From the sequence record SRR22947727_4435: a stretch of 64,000 nt of DNA. One strand, 5' to 3'. The number at the start of each line of letters is the position of its first letter. Positions within the stretch are counted from its first letter, which is position 1. Below the pieces are notes generated by a model, which was not told the origin of the DNA, ran no database searches, and worked only from the letters and a program-made list of their open reading frames with translations. This document shows, in pieces, positions 10,172 to 19,736 of the stretch. The translations under genes were made by a program, and so were the position numbers.

Positions 10172-10992
10172 CAGACTTCGCCCACCTTGGCTCGCGCATC
10201 CGAACCACCGACGCGGCCACGCAGAGCCTCGCGCACCGCGGTAACGGCGTCGAAGAAGGTTTCGGCTTCGCGGGTGTCCTCGTCGCGCTCGCTTCCGAGG
10301 GGCACATCGATGATGTGGGTGATGCGCCCGGGACGGGGCGACATGACCACGACACGGTCGGACAGGTAGACGGCCTCGGGGATCGAGTGGGTAACGAAGA
10401 CGATCGACTTGCCCGTCTCCTTGCGGATGCGCAGGAGTTCGTTTTGCATGCGCTCGCGCGTCATCTCATCCAGCGCACCGAACGGTTCGTCCATGAGCAG
10501 GATCGCCGGGTCGACTGACAGCGAACGAGCGATGGCCACGCGCTGCTGCATGCCGCCGGACAGTTCCCAGGGTCGATGTTCCGCGAAGTCCGCAAGTTGC
10601 ACCATGTCGAGGAGTTCCAGGGCGCGGGCTTTGCGCTTGGCCTTATCCCAGCCCTGCAACTCCAGAGGAAGTTCCACGTTGCGTCGTACCGACCGCCAGT
10701 CGAAGAGCGCCGCTTGCTGGAACGCCATTCCGTAGAGTTGCTGCTGGCGAGCCTCGGGGGGAGTGTGACCGGCGACGCGCATGTCGCCGCGGGTGGCATC
10801 GGTGAGATCGGCGATGACTCGCAGCAGGGTGGACTTGCCGCAGCCGGAGGGCCCGATGAGTGAAATGAACTCTCCGGACTCGACGGTCAGGTTCACGTCC
10901 TGCAGTGCTGTTACCTCGTTGGGCTGGCCCTCGTTGAAGATCTTCCAGATGCCGTCGGCGTGGACTGCGTGCTCGGTTGTCGCCGTGCTCAT
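10171..10992 (-). CDS. ABC ATP-binding protein (NitT/TauT family)
   Basis: GPSGCGKST, LSGGMQQRVAIAR, LLMDEPFGALD. Confidence 0.96.
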   Translation of the reverse strand: MSTATTEHAVHADGIWKIFNEGQPNEVTALQDVNLTVESGEFISLIGPSGCGKSTLLRVIADLTDATRGDMRVAGHTPPEARQQQLYGMAFQQAALFDWRSVRRNVELPLELQGWDKAKRKARALELLDMVQLADFAEHRPWELSGGMQQRVAIARSLSVDPAILLMDEPFGALDEMTRERMQNELLRIRKETGKSIVFVTHSIPEAVYLSDRVVVMSPRPGRITHIIDVPLGSERDEDTREAETFFDAVTAVREALRGRVGGSDARAKVGEV

Positions 10993-11924
10993 GCGCTCTT
11001 CTCCTTGGGCAGGTTGCGGGTCAGGTATACGTCAAGGGCGGTCACCAGGGCGGCCACCACCAAACCAAGAGCGATGGCGCCGAAGACGGCGACGTAGACC
11101 TTGGCCGGTTGCGAGGTGATCTGGCGCGCGTACTCGATCAGCAAGCGACCGATGCCTCCGCGGACGCCGGTGGATATCTCGGCGACCACGGTGCCGACAA
11201 CGGAGGCCGCGGCGGAGACCTTCAGTGCCGGGACGATGTACGGAATCGACGATGGGAAGCGGAGCTTGCGCACGGTTTGATTGGGTGTAGCCGCGTAGGA
11301 GCGCATGAGCTCGAGCGACGTCGGTGTCGGTGCCTGAAGACCTCGCAGCGCTCCCACGGACAGCGGGAAGAACGCCAAGTACGCAGCGATGAACATCACC
11401 GAGTAGGTGGTTGTCCACTTGATCGGTCCGATCTCGATCTGGTTGCCGATTCCGACAATGAGCGGTGCGAGCGCAATCAGGGGGACTGTTTGAGAAGCGA
11501 TGACGAACGGGAGCAGGCCTCGTTCGGCGAACAGGAACCGCTGCATGATGACCGCGAGGAGCAATCCGACTGCGACACCGATGAGGAAGCCGCCGAAGGC
11601 CAGCAGTAGTGAACGGAACGTCGCAGCGATAACCGCGTCGAGGACGGTGTTTTCGGAGCCACGAACTTCCGGCTCACCCATCGCCGCGAACATGGTCCAC
11701 ACGTGCGGCATGGTCATGTCCGAGGTGTTCAGCGGCAACGGGATGAAGTTCCCCAGCAGCTTGACGAGCTCCCACATCACGATGACGAGGCCGACGCCGG
11801 CAAGCGCCCACAGCAACGAGATGCCCCCGTTGCGGGCCCGTCGGGCGAACGACCTCGATCGTGCGGCACCCACCGATGCCCCGTCCGCAGAGGTCTGCGG
11901 ATCGGCGATCGCAGTGTCGGTCAC
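10989..11924 (-). CDS. ABC permease (NitT/TauT family)
   Basis: SQTVPLIALAP, KLRFPSSIPYI, AEISTG..GGIG; GTG 11924 after SD GAAGGGGA. Confidence 0.9.
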   Translation of the reverse strand: MTDTAIADPQTSADGASVGAARSRSFARRARNGGISLLWALAGVGLVIVMWELVKLLGNFIPLPLNTSDMTMPHVWTMFAAMGEPEVRGSENTVLDAVIAATFRSLLLAFGGFLIGVAVGLLLAVIMQRFLFAERGLLPFVIASQTVPLIALAPLIVGIGNQIEIGPIKWTTTYSVMFIAAYLAFFPLSVGALRGLQAPTPTSLELMRSYAATPNQTVRKLRFPSSIPYIVPALKVSAAASVVGTVVAEISTGVRGGIGRLLIEYARQITSQPAKVYVAVFGAIALGLVVAALVTALDVYLTRNLPKEKSA

Positions 11925-11982
11925 CGGCGCTCCCCTTCGATGTCGATGTCGCTGCGGATGGGTCGGTGATGTGTGGTCTGGG

Positions 11983-13011
11983 TCAGGACTTCGCGAGCAG
12001 TGTCTCCTGAATGGCCGGGATGACCTTCTCCCCGTATTCGGCCAGCGTGTGGTCCTTGTTGTCATGCTGCAGGTAGACCGCGAACTGATCGACCCCGAGC
12101 GCGCGCAGTTCCTCGAGGCGCCGCACATGGTCGTCGGGGGTTCCGATGATGCAGAACCGATCGATGATCTCGTCCGGCACGAAGTCCGTGTGTGTGTTGC
12201 CGGCCTGCCCGTGCTGGTTGTAGTCGTATCCCTGGCGGTTCTTGATGTAGTCCGTCAACGCTTGGGGGACTGCACCGCTGTCGCCGTAACGGTCGACGAT
12301 GTCCGCAACGTGGTTGCCCACCATGCCTCCGAACCAGCGGAGTTGATCGCGTGCGTGTGCGTTCTGCTCATCGGACCCGTCGGTGATGTAGGCGGGCGCG
12401 GCGACGCAGTTGTAGACCGCGTCGGCCGCACGGCCTGCCTCGACGGCGGCTGCGCGAACCGATCCGATCGTCCACTCGGCGATCGACGGATCAGCCAACT
12501 GAAGGATGAAGCCGTCTCCGACCTCCCCGGTGAGCGCCAGGACTTTCGGTCCGTAGGCGGCTACCCACACGTCACAGCGGGAGTCTCCCGCCCAGGGAAG
12601 GCGCAGGGTGGAGTCCTTGTAGTCGATGGCTTCGCCGTTGACCAGGCCCTTGATGTCGATGACGGCTTGGCGCAACTCGGCGACAGTGACCGGCTTGCCG
12701 TTGGTGACGCGAACCGCGGAGTCGCCGCGGCCAATGCCGATCACGGTCCTGTTGCCGTACATCTCATTCAAGGTCGCGAACACAGACGCCGTCACCGTGA
12801 TGTCGCGGGTTGCGGGGTTGGTCACCATGGGACCGATCTTGATCTTGCGGGTTTCATCGAGGATCTTGCTGTAGAGCACGTATGGCTCTTCCCACAGGAT
12901 GTGGGAGTCGAACGTCCACACGTAATCGAACCCGTAGGTCTCAGCCCGACGCGCCAGGTCGACGACGCGTGCGGCCGGGGGAGTGCACTGCAAGACGACT
13001 CCGATGTCCAT
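11983..13011 (-). CDS. LLM-class F420-dependent oxidoreductase (TIGR03842-like)
   Basis: MDIGVVLQ..PP, WTFDSHILWEEP, VTNPATRD, GIGRGDSA, FGGMVGNHVAD; SD GGAG. Confidence 0.88.
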   Translation of the reverse strand: MDIGVVLQCTPPAARVVDLARRAETYGFDYVWTFDSHILWEEPYVLYSKILDETRKIKIGPMVTNPATRDITVTASVFATLNEMYGNRTVIGIGRGDSAVRVTNGKPVTVAELRQAVIDIKGLVNGEAIDYKDSTLRLPWAGDSRCDVWVAAYGPKVLALTGEVGDGFILQLADPSIAEWTIGSVRAAAVEAGRAADAVYNCVAAPAYITDGSDEQNAHARDQLRWFGGMVGNHVADIVDRYGDSGAVPQALTDYIKNRQGYDYNQHGQAGNTHTDFVPDEIIDRFCIIGTPDDHVRRLEELRALGVDQFAVYLQHDNKDHTLAEYGEKVIPAIQETLLAKS

Positions 13012-13057
13012 AACTTCTCCTGATCTCGGCGGTGAATGCCTTGTTGGTCGAATGTTC

Positions 13058-14545
13058 TTAGCGGGTCTGGGGGAATCCGAGATCGACGGACGACGTTGCC
13101 GGATCAGGCCACCGGGAGGTGACCGTCTTGGTTCGGGTGTAGAAGTCGATGCCGGCCGGGCCGTACATGTTCGCGTCACCGAACAGCGAGGCTTTCCATC
13201 CCCCGAAGCTGTAGTACGCGACGGGCACGGGGATCGGAACGTTGATTCCCACCATGCCCACCTGGATGTCGAACTGGAATTGGCGGGCAGCTCCGCCGTC
13301 TCGAGTGAAGATCGCCGTTCCGTTGCCGTATTGGTGATCGTTGACCAGGGTTACGGCTTCCTCGTAGGTGTCGACCCGGGTGATCGACAGAACGGGGCCG
13401 AAGATCTCTTCGTCGTACGCCTTCATGCCGGGCCTGACGTTGTCGATCAAGGACGGTGCGAGGAAGAAGCCATCCGCGGGTAGGTCGTTCTCTCGTCCGT
13501 CGACCACGACGGTTGCTCCTTCACCCGGCGCTCCGGCCACGTAGGAGGCGACCTTGTCTCGGTGCTCGCGAGTGATCAGCGGACCCATCTCGGCGTCGGG
13601 GTCTGTTCCCGGTCCGACCTTCAGCTTCGGTAGTCGCGCGGAAATAGCGTCGACGAGTTTGTCGCCCGCATCGCCCACGGCGACCACGACCGAGATGGCC
13701 ATGCAGCGTTCGCCCGCCGATCCGTAACCCGCGCTGACGGCAGCGTCGGCCGCCATGTCGATGTCGGCGTCAGGGAGCACAATCATGTGGTTCTTGGCGC
13801 CGCCGAGCGCTTGTACGCGCTTGCCGTTCGCCGTTCCGGTCGAGTAGATGTACTCGGCGATCGGGGTCGAGCCGACGAAGGACACTGCGGCGATGTCTGG
13901 GTGCTCGAGGATGCGATCGACGGCAACCTTGTCTCCCTGCACGATGTTGAACACGCCCTCGGGCAGACCCGCCTGCCGGAGCAGATCGGCGACGAACAAC
14001 GTGACCGAGGGATCCTTCTCGCTCGGCTTCAATATGAAGGTGTTTCCGGTGGCGATCGCATTGGCGAACATCCACATCGGCACCATGGCCGGGAAGTTGA
14101 ACGGGGTGATGCCGGCCACCACGCCCAGTGGCTGGCGGATGGAGAAGACATCGACCCCGGTAGAGGCCTGCTCGGAGAAGTTCCCCTTCATCAACTGCGG
14201 GATGCCGCAGGCAAACTCGATGTTCTCGATTCCTCGGGCCAACTCGCCACCGGCGTCGCTAGGGACCTTGCCGTGCTCGATCGACACCAGTTCGGCGATC
14301 TTGTCGCGATTGGCAAGGACGAGCTGATGGAAGGCGAACATGACTTCCGCCCGTCGCGACAGGGACGCCGAACGCCAGGTGGTGAAGGCCTCTTTGGCGG
14401 CAGCGACGGCAGCGTCGACTTCCGACACGCTCGCCAAGCCGACCTGTGCCTGCTGTTCACCGGTCGCGGGGTTGTAGACCGGTCCGAAGTTGCCGGAGGT
14501 GGATCCCACCTCGGCGTTGTTGATCCAGTGGTTGATGGTGCGCAA
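13058..14545 (-). CDS. mmsA: CoA-acylating (methyl)malonate-semialdehyde dehydrogenase
   Basis: ITPFNFPAMVPMW, KPSEKDP, GGAKNH, GERCMAIS, EEIFGPVL; TTG start with SD AGGAG. Confidence 0.95.
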   Translation of the reverse strand: MRTINHWINNAEVGSTSGNFGPVYNPATGEQQAQVGLASVSEVDAAVAAAKEAFTTWRSASLSRRAEVMFAFHQLVLANRDKIAELVSIEHGKVPSDAGGELARGIENIEFACGIPQLMKGNFSEQASTGVDVFSIRQPLGVVAGITPFNFPAMVPMWMFANAIATGNTFILKPSEKDPSVTLFVADLLRQAGLPEGVFNIVQGDKVAVDRILEHPDIAAVSFVGSTPIAEYIYSTGTANGKRVQALGGAKNHMIVLPDADIDMAADAAVSAGYGSAGERCMAISVVVAVGDAGDKLVDAISARLPKLKVGPGTDPDAEMGPLITREHRDKVASYVAGAPGEGATVVVDGRENDLPADGFFLAPSLIDNVRPGMKAYDEEIFGPVLSITRVDTYEEAVTLVNDHQYGNGTAIFTRDGGAARQFQFDIQVGMVGINVPIPVPVAYYSFGGWKASLFGDANMYGPAGIDFYTRTKTVTSRWPDPATSSVDLGFPQTR

Positions 14546-14587
14546 CGTGTGTCTCCTGATTCGTGATTGAGCGTGGTGGGTGAGTGC

Positions 14588-16006
14588 CTAGACGAGGTAC
14601 TGGTTCATACCGCGCTTGAGATAGTGACCGTGCCCCTTGCTGCCGAGGTACTGGTCGTTGTCGATGACGACCTTGCCGCGCGAGAGAACAGTGTCGACGT
14701 GACCGTCGATGTCGAAGCCTTCCCAGGCGGCGTGATCCATGTTCATGTGGTGCTTCTTGTCGATGCCGATCTCGGTACGGCCGGTGGGGTCGTAGATGAC
14801 GATGTCGGCATCCGACCCGGGCGCGATGATGCCCTTGCGCGGGTACAGGCCGAACATGCGCGCCGGCGTTGTCGCGGTGATCTCCACCCAGCGCTCCAGG
14901 GTGATCTCTCCGTCGACGACGCCTTGGAAAATCAAGTCCATTCGGTGTTCGACGGAGCCGATGCCGTTGGGGATCTTGGAGAAGTCGCCGACGCCGAGTT
15001 CCTTCTGCTCCTTCATGCAGAACGGGCAGTGGTCCGTCGAGACGATCGACAGATCGTTGGTGCGCAGGTAGCGCCACAGTTCCTTCTGGTGCTCTTCGGC
15101 CTTGGATCGCAGCGGCGTGGAGCACACCCACTTGGCGCCTTCGAATCCTGGCTGAGAAAGGTGATCCTCCAGCGACAAGTACAGGTACTGCGGGCAGGTT
15201 TCTCCGAAAACGTTCCACGCGTCGTCGCGGGCCTCCTGCAGAACCTTGACGGCTTGCTTTGCCGACATGTGCACGACGTACAGGGGAGTGTTCGTCATTT
15301 TGGCCAGCATGATCGCGCGGTTGGTGGCCTCCGCTTCGGTCTCCCACGGTCGGGTGAGTCCGTGGAACCGCGGATCGGTGTTGCCTGCTGCCAGTGCCTG
15401 CTGCACGAGCACGTCGATCGCGATGCCGTTCTCTGCGTGCATCATGATCGTCGCGCCATTGTTGGCCGCCGTCTGCATCGCTCGGAGAACTTGACCGTCG
15501 TCGCTGTAGAACACGCCCGGGTAGGCCATGAACAGTTTGAAGCTCGTGATGCCCTCGTCGACGAGTTCGTCCATCGCCTTCAACGAGTCGTCGTCGACCC
15601 CGCCGATGATCTGGTGGAAGCCGTAGTCGATGGCGCACTGGCCGTCCGCCTTGGCGTGCCAGGCGGCCAGGGAGTCCTGCACCCGCTCCCCGTACTTTTG
15701 TACGGCGAAGTCGATAATGGTGGTGGTGCCACCCCAGGCCGCAGCCCGGGTGCCGGTCTCGAAGGTGTCCGATGCGAATGTCCCACCGAAGGGCAACTCC
15801 ATGTGGGTGTGAACATCCACGCCGCCGGGGATGACGTACTTCCCCTGCGCGTCGAAAACCTGCTCAGCACTCGCGGCGAGATCGGCGCCGAGGGAGGTGT
15901 CTCCGGGTGCCACGACCGCGGCAATGGTCTCGCCGTCGATGAGGACATCGGCTTGGTAGCTACCGGTCGCCGAGACGACGGTGCCGTTCTTGATCAGGAT
16001 CGTCAT
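14588..16006 (-). CDS. hydA: Dihydropyrimidinase
   Basis: PGGVDVHTHME, SFKLFMAY, MHAENG, ETCPQYL, STDHCPF, KIPNG. Confidence 0.96.
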   Translation of the reverse strand: MTILIKNGTVVSATGSYQADVLIDGETIAAVVAPGDTSLGADLAASAEQVFDAQGKYVIPGGVDVHTHMELPFGGTFASDTFETGTRAAAWGGTTTIIDFAVQKYGERVQDSLAAWHAKADGQCAIDYGFHQIIGGVDDDSLKAMDELVDEGITSFKLFMAYPGVFYSDDGQVLRAMQTAANNGATIMMHAENGIAIDVLVQQALAAGNTDPRFHGLTRPWETEAEATNRAIMLAKMTNTPLYVVHMSAKQAVKVLQEARDDAWNVFGETCPQYLYLSLEDHLSQPGFEGAKWVCSTPLRSKAEEHQKELWRYLRTNDLSIVSTDHCPFCMKEQKELGVGDFSKIPNGIGSVEHRMDLIFQGVVDGEITLERWVEITATTPARMFGLYPRKGIIAPGSDADIVIYDPTGRTEIGIDKKHHMNMDHAAWEGFDIDGHVDTVLSRGKVVIDNDQYLGSKGHGHYLKRGMNQYLV

Positions 16007-16086
16007 GGTTCTTCCTCCTCGCTGACGCTTCTCCTGTTGGTGCTCGAGCTGTCGGGCTGCTGTCGGTTAGCCGCCGCTAGGGAAAA

Positions 16087-16923
16087 CTATGGCCGAACTA
16101 GGTCCTCGTATGCATCCGGTCGGCGATCTCGGTAGAACGCCCAGCGGTTGCGCACCGTGGTGATCAGGTCGAGATCGAGGTCCCGCACGATCAGTTCCGC
16201 CTTGTAGGGGTCACCTTGCTCCCCGACGTAGCTCCCCTCGGGGTCCACGAAGTAGGACTGGCCGTAGAAATCGTCGTCGCCGAGAGGCTCGATGCCCACC
16301 CGGTTGATGGCCCCCACGTAGTACTCGTTGGCCACTGCCGCAGCCGGCTGCTCGATGCTCCACAGGTACTGAGACAACCCGCGCGAGGTGGCCGAGGGGT
16401 TGAACACGATTTGGGCGCCGTTGAGCCCGAGCGCCCGCCAACCCTCGGGGAAGTGACGGTCGTAACAGATGTAGACGCCGACCTTGCCGACCGCGGTGTC
16501 GAAGACCGGGTAGCCGCCGTTGCCGGGACGGAAGTAGAACTTCTCCCAGAACCCGTTCACGTGCGGGATGTGCTGCTTGCGGTACTTACCGAGGTAGGAG
16601 CCGTCGGCGTCGAGCACCGCTGCGGTGTTGTAGAGGAAGCCGGGTCCGGCGTCTTCGTAGACCGGCAGCACCATCACCATGTTCAGTTCCTTGGCCAAGG
16701 CCTGGAAGCGCTCGACGACGGGACCGGGGACTGCTTCGGCGTACTCGTAGAACTGCGTGTCCTGCACCTGGCAGAAGTAGGGGCCGTAGAACAACTCTTG
16801 GAAGCAGATGACCTGTGTGCCCTGCTTGGCTGCTTCGCGGGCGTACTCCTCATGCTTGACGATCATCGACTCTTTGTCGCCGGTCCAATCGGTTTGGACT
16901 AGCGCAGCGCGAACGACGCTCAT
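16087..16923 (-). CDS. Nitrilase-family hydrolase, probable beta-ureidopropionase
   Basis: E-K-C triad: CFQELF, KYRKQHIP, ICYDRHFPE; FWEKFYFRPG; adjacent to hydA. Confidence 0.9.
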   Translation of the reverse strand: MSVVRAALVQTDWTGDKESMIVKHEEYAREAAKQGTQVICFQELFYGPYFCQVQDTQFYEYAEAVPGPVVERFQALAKELNMVMVLPVYEDAGPGFLYNTAAVLDADGSYLGKYRKQHIPHVNGFWEKFYFRPGNGGYPVFDTAVGKVGVYICYDRHFPEGWRALGLNGAQIVFNPSATSRGLSQYLWSIEQPAAAVANEYYVGAINRVGIEPLGDDDFYGQSYFVDPEGSYVGEQGDPYKAELIVRDLDLDLITTVRNRWAFYRDRRPDAYEDLVRP

Positions 16924-17025
16924 TGCATCCCTGCCTTCCTCGCAGTCTGGTCTGCCGGCCTCTGCGACTAATCGTCTGAGCCCGGGAACCTCTTTTGTGA
17001 TTCCGTACCCTAGACGCAAAAGATT

Positions 17026-17058
17026 GTGTTACAACACCTGTTTGACAAACTTGTTACA
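17026..17058. promoter_or_regulatory. Putative MocR operator and divergent promoter region
   Basis: TGTTACA direct repeats at 17027 and 17052; dyads GTGTT-AC-AACAC and GTTTG-A-CAAAC in an AT-rich spacer. Confidence 0.55.
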
Positions 17059-17150
17059 CGTTCATGTCGCGCTCGCGAATGAGCCCGGGAGCGGGCATGT
17101 GAAGGGCCGCCTGGCGGCCACGACAGGGTGATGGACAGGGAGGTGGGGTC

Positions 17151-18554
17151 GTGACCGTGACCGTCCCTGCCACCGGAACCTCGGTTCCGGCCGAGTCGGT
17201 CGCGGCCTTCGTCGAGGATCGATCCCCCCGGGGTATCGCGGCGGCCGTCCACCGAATGATCCGGGCGGGGCAGGTTCAGCCCGGAGATCGGCTGCCGACC
17301 GTCCGTGACCTGGCCCGGCACCTCGGCGTCAGCCCGGCGACGGTCAGCGAAGCCTGGCAGGCGCTCGGTGCCGTGGGTGCTATTCACGCCCGCGGCCGGG
17401 CCGGGACTTTCGTTCGGGACGTGGCCGAGCCCACGCGGCCGACCCGATACCTCGGGATCGGGGGAGCGCCGAGCACCGAGGAATCCGCCGCACTGGATCT
17501 GTCCACGGGAACCCCGGACCCCGCCCTGCTACCGGCCCTGCACGAGGCCGTCGAGCGATTCACCTCTGGCGCGACGGCCTGGACGTCGAGTTATCTCGAC
17601 GAGCCGGTACTCCCTACTCTTCGCGAGCACCTCGAGCAGTCGTGGCCCTTTCGAGCCCAGCGGATGACCGTCGTGGACGGCGCCCTCGACGGGCTGTCGC
17701 GGATCGTCGATCAGCTTGTGGGCCTCGGCGACCGCGTGATCATGGAGTCACCGGGATTCCCGCCCCTGATCGACCTGCTGGATCGCGCAGGCGCCGACGT
17801 GATCCCGGTCGCGATCGACGAACAAGGCGTGATTCCCGCATACCTGGCTCGGGCTCTGCGCTCGGCACCAGTGGCGGTCTTCCTACAGCCGCGAGCACAC
17901 AACCCCACCGGTACGTCGATGACCCGGTTGCGCTCGAGTCAGCTCGCCGAAGTGCTCGCGGGCAGCCGCGCGTGGGTGATCGAGGACGATCACTGCGGCG
18001 AGATATCGCTGGCAGAGGATGTGAGCATCGGTCAATTCCTGCCGGACCGTTGCGTGCACATACGTAGTTACTCCAAATCGCACGGACCGGATTTGCGCAT
18101 CGCCGCGGTCGGCGGGGCAGCCGAGGTCATCGACCCGATGGTGGCGCGGCGCATGCTCGGTCCGGGTTGGACGAGCCGACTTCTGCAGGCCGTGTTGCTC
18201 GACCTGCTCACGCACGCCGATCCGCAGGAGAGCGTCCGGCAGGCCCGCATCGCCTACACCCGTCGAGGCACGTTGTTGCGGGAGAGGCTCAAGGATCGCG
18301 GAGTCGCGGCGAGCCCTGGTGACGGCATCAATGTGTGGATCCCGGTCGAGGACGAGCGGTCGGCTCTGATCACGTTGGCTGCCGCCGGCATTCGGGTGGC
18401 GCCGGGATCACCTTTCATCGTGACCGCAGACAGCACGACCCGAGATGCGATTCGGGTGACGACGGGTCGTCTGCCGGACGACGAAGATCGGATTGAGGAC
18501 GTCGCGAGCATCATCGCCCGAGCGGCGGGCTCTGCCGGTGGCACACTTCGCTAA
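17151..18554 (+). CDS. MocR/GabR-type regulator (GntR HTH + PLP aminotransferase-like domain)
   Basis: PGDRLPTVRDLARHLGVSPATVSEAW; HNPTG, IEDD, SYSKSHGPDLR (PLP Lys). Confidence 0.94.
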   Translation: MTVTVPATGTSVPAESVAAFVEDRSPRGIAAAVHRMIRAGQVQPGDRLPTVRDLARHLGVSPATVSEAWQALGAVGAIHARGRAGTFVRDVAEPTRPTRYLGIGGAPSTEESAALDLSTGTPDPALLPALHEAVERFTSGATAWTSSYLDEPVLPTLREHLEQSWPFRAQRMTVVDGALDGLSRIVDQLVGLGDRVIMESPGFPPLIDLLDRAGADVIPVAIDEQGVIPAYLARALRSAPVAVFLQPRAHNPTGTSMTRLRSSQLAEVLAGSRAWVIEDDHCGEISLAEDVSIGQFLPDRCVHIRSYSKSHGPDLRIAAVGGAAEVIDPMVARRMLGPGWTSRLLQAVLLDLLTHADPQESVRQARIAYTRRGTLLRERLKDRGVAASPGDGINVWIPVEDERSALITLAAAGIRVAPGSPFIVTADSTTRDAIRVTTGRLPDDEDRIEDVASIIARAAGSAGGTLR

Positions 18555-18661
18555 CCCCGATGGGGCGGGTCTTCAGACCCGAATGACCAGACCGTCATGG
18601 GCCGGTGTTGCGGACCTTCGTGTCGTTGACGATTTGAATGCGATGGACAGGCACACGCCAC

Positions 18662-19693
18662 TCATGGAGTAATGACGATCTTGTGCGCGGCGCGGTCGCC
18701 CCGGAGCGCCTCTAATGCGTCCCCGTAGTCCTGCACGGGATGCCGATGGGTGATCAATCCGTCCGTGCGGATCGCCCCGCTGCGAAAAGCGGCAAGCGCG
18801 TCCGGAAAAGAGTCCACCTCGGTGAACGAGCCCATGATCGTCAACTCCCGCCGGAAGATCTCGAAGGGCGAGATCGACACGAGGTCGGACTCGTCGGCAA
18901 CCCCGTAGTACACGATTCGGGCGCCGTTGCGCGCAACCTGCGGCAAGGACTGCACGACCGGGGTCTTACCGGTGGCATCGATCACCACGTCGAAAGCGCC
19001 GAACTCCTCGACTATCGCTGCCATCGACCCGGACACGTCGTGCCGGTTCATCACGAAGGTGCCGATGGGCGATAACGACGACGCCACCGACAACTTGAAC
19101 TCGTTGGGATCGGCCAACACGACGCTCGACGCCCCGGCCATCTGCAGAAACTGCGTCAACAGCACACCGGTCGGCCCCGCACCGAACACGACCACCGAGC
19201 ACCCGGCGATGGGATCGAGGCGATCCATCAAATGAGCGATGCAGGCCGAAGGCTCGGCGAAGACGGCCAGATCGAGATCGATGCCGGTCGCGTCGAACAA
19301 CTGCGCACCGGGCACGAGAACGTAGTCGGCGAAGCCTCCCGGAGTCGACGACCCGATTCCGGCGAACGATTCACACAGCCAGGGACGCTCCTCGGTGCAG
19401 TACGCGCACGCGCGGCAACTCGAGTTCGGGTTGATCACCACCTGTTGGCCCTCCGACAGGGCTCCGCCGTCGCCGTCGGTGGCATCTGCGCCCACCGCGG
19501 CGACCTCGCCGACGGTCTCGTGGCCGGGGGTGAGCGGGAAGTTCGCGAGGAACTGGCCCTCATGCAAGTGCAGATCTGTTCCGCACATCCCCGCAGCCGT
19601 CATCCGCACGAGCACGTCGCCAGATCCCGGCTCGGGCGTCGGTACCTCTCGCACGGTGAAGGACCCCGGTTGGTCGTACACCACAGCGCGCAT
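18662..19693 (-). CDS. Zn-dependent alcohol/polyol dehydrogenase (MDR)
   Basis: CGTDLH, PGHE, CRACAYC..C, GAGPTG. Confidence 0.92.
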   Translation of the reverse strand: MRAVVYDQPGSFTVREVPTPEPGSGDVLVRMTAAGMCGTDLHLHEGQFLANFPLTPGHETVGEVAAVGADATDGDGGALSEGQQVVINPNSSCRACAYCTEERPWLCESFAGIGSSTPGGFADYVLVPGAQLFDATGIDLDLAVFAEPSACIAHLMDRLDPIAGCSVVVFGAGPTGVLLTQFLQMAGASSVVLADPNEFKLSVASSLSPIGTFVMNRHDVSGSMAAIVEEFGAFDVVIDATGKTPVVQSLPQVARNGARIVYYGVADESDLVSISPFEIFRRELTIMGSFTEVDSFPDALAAFRSGAIRTDGLITHRHPVQDYGDALEALRGDRAAHKIVITP

Positions 19694-19736
19694 TGGCTCA
19701 GTATCGCGGCATGCTCGGGCGAACTACCGTTATCGA

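Noticed and set aside
4508-16135. Long opposite-strand or alternate-frame ORFs (e.g. 4508-6025, 8399-9694, 11500-13023, 14567-16135)
   Set aside because: Shadow ORFs typical of high-GC coding DNA, overlapping genes with clear motifs. The same applies to 37147-38514 and 50922-52145.
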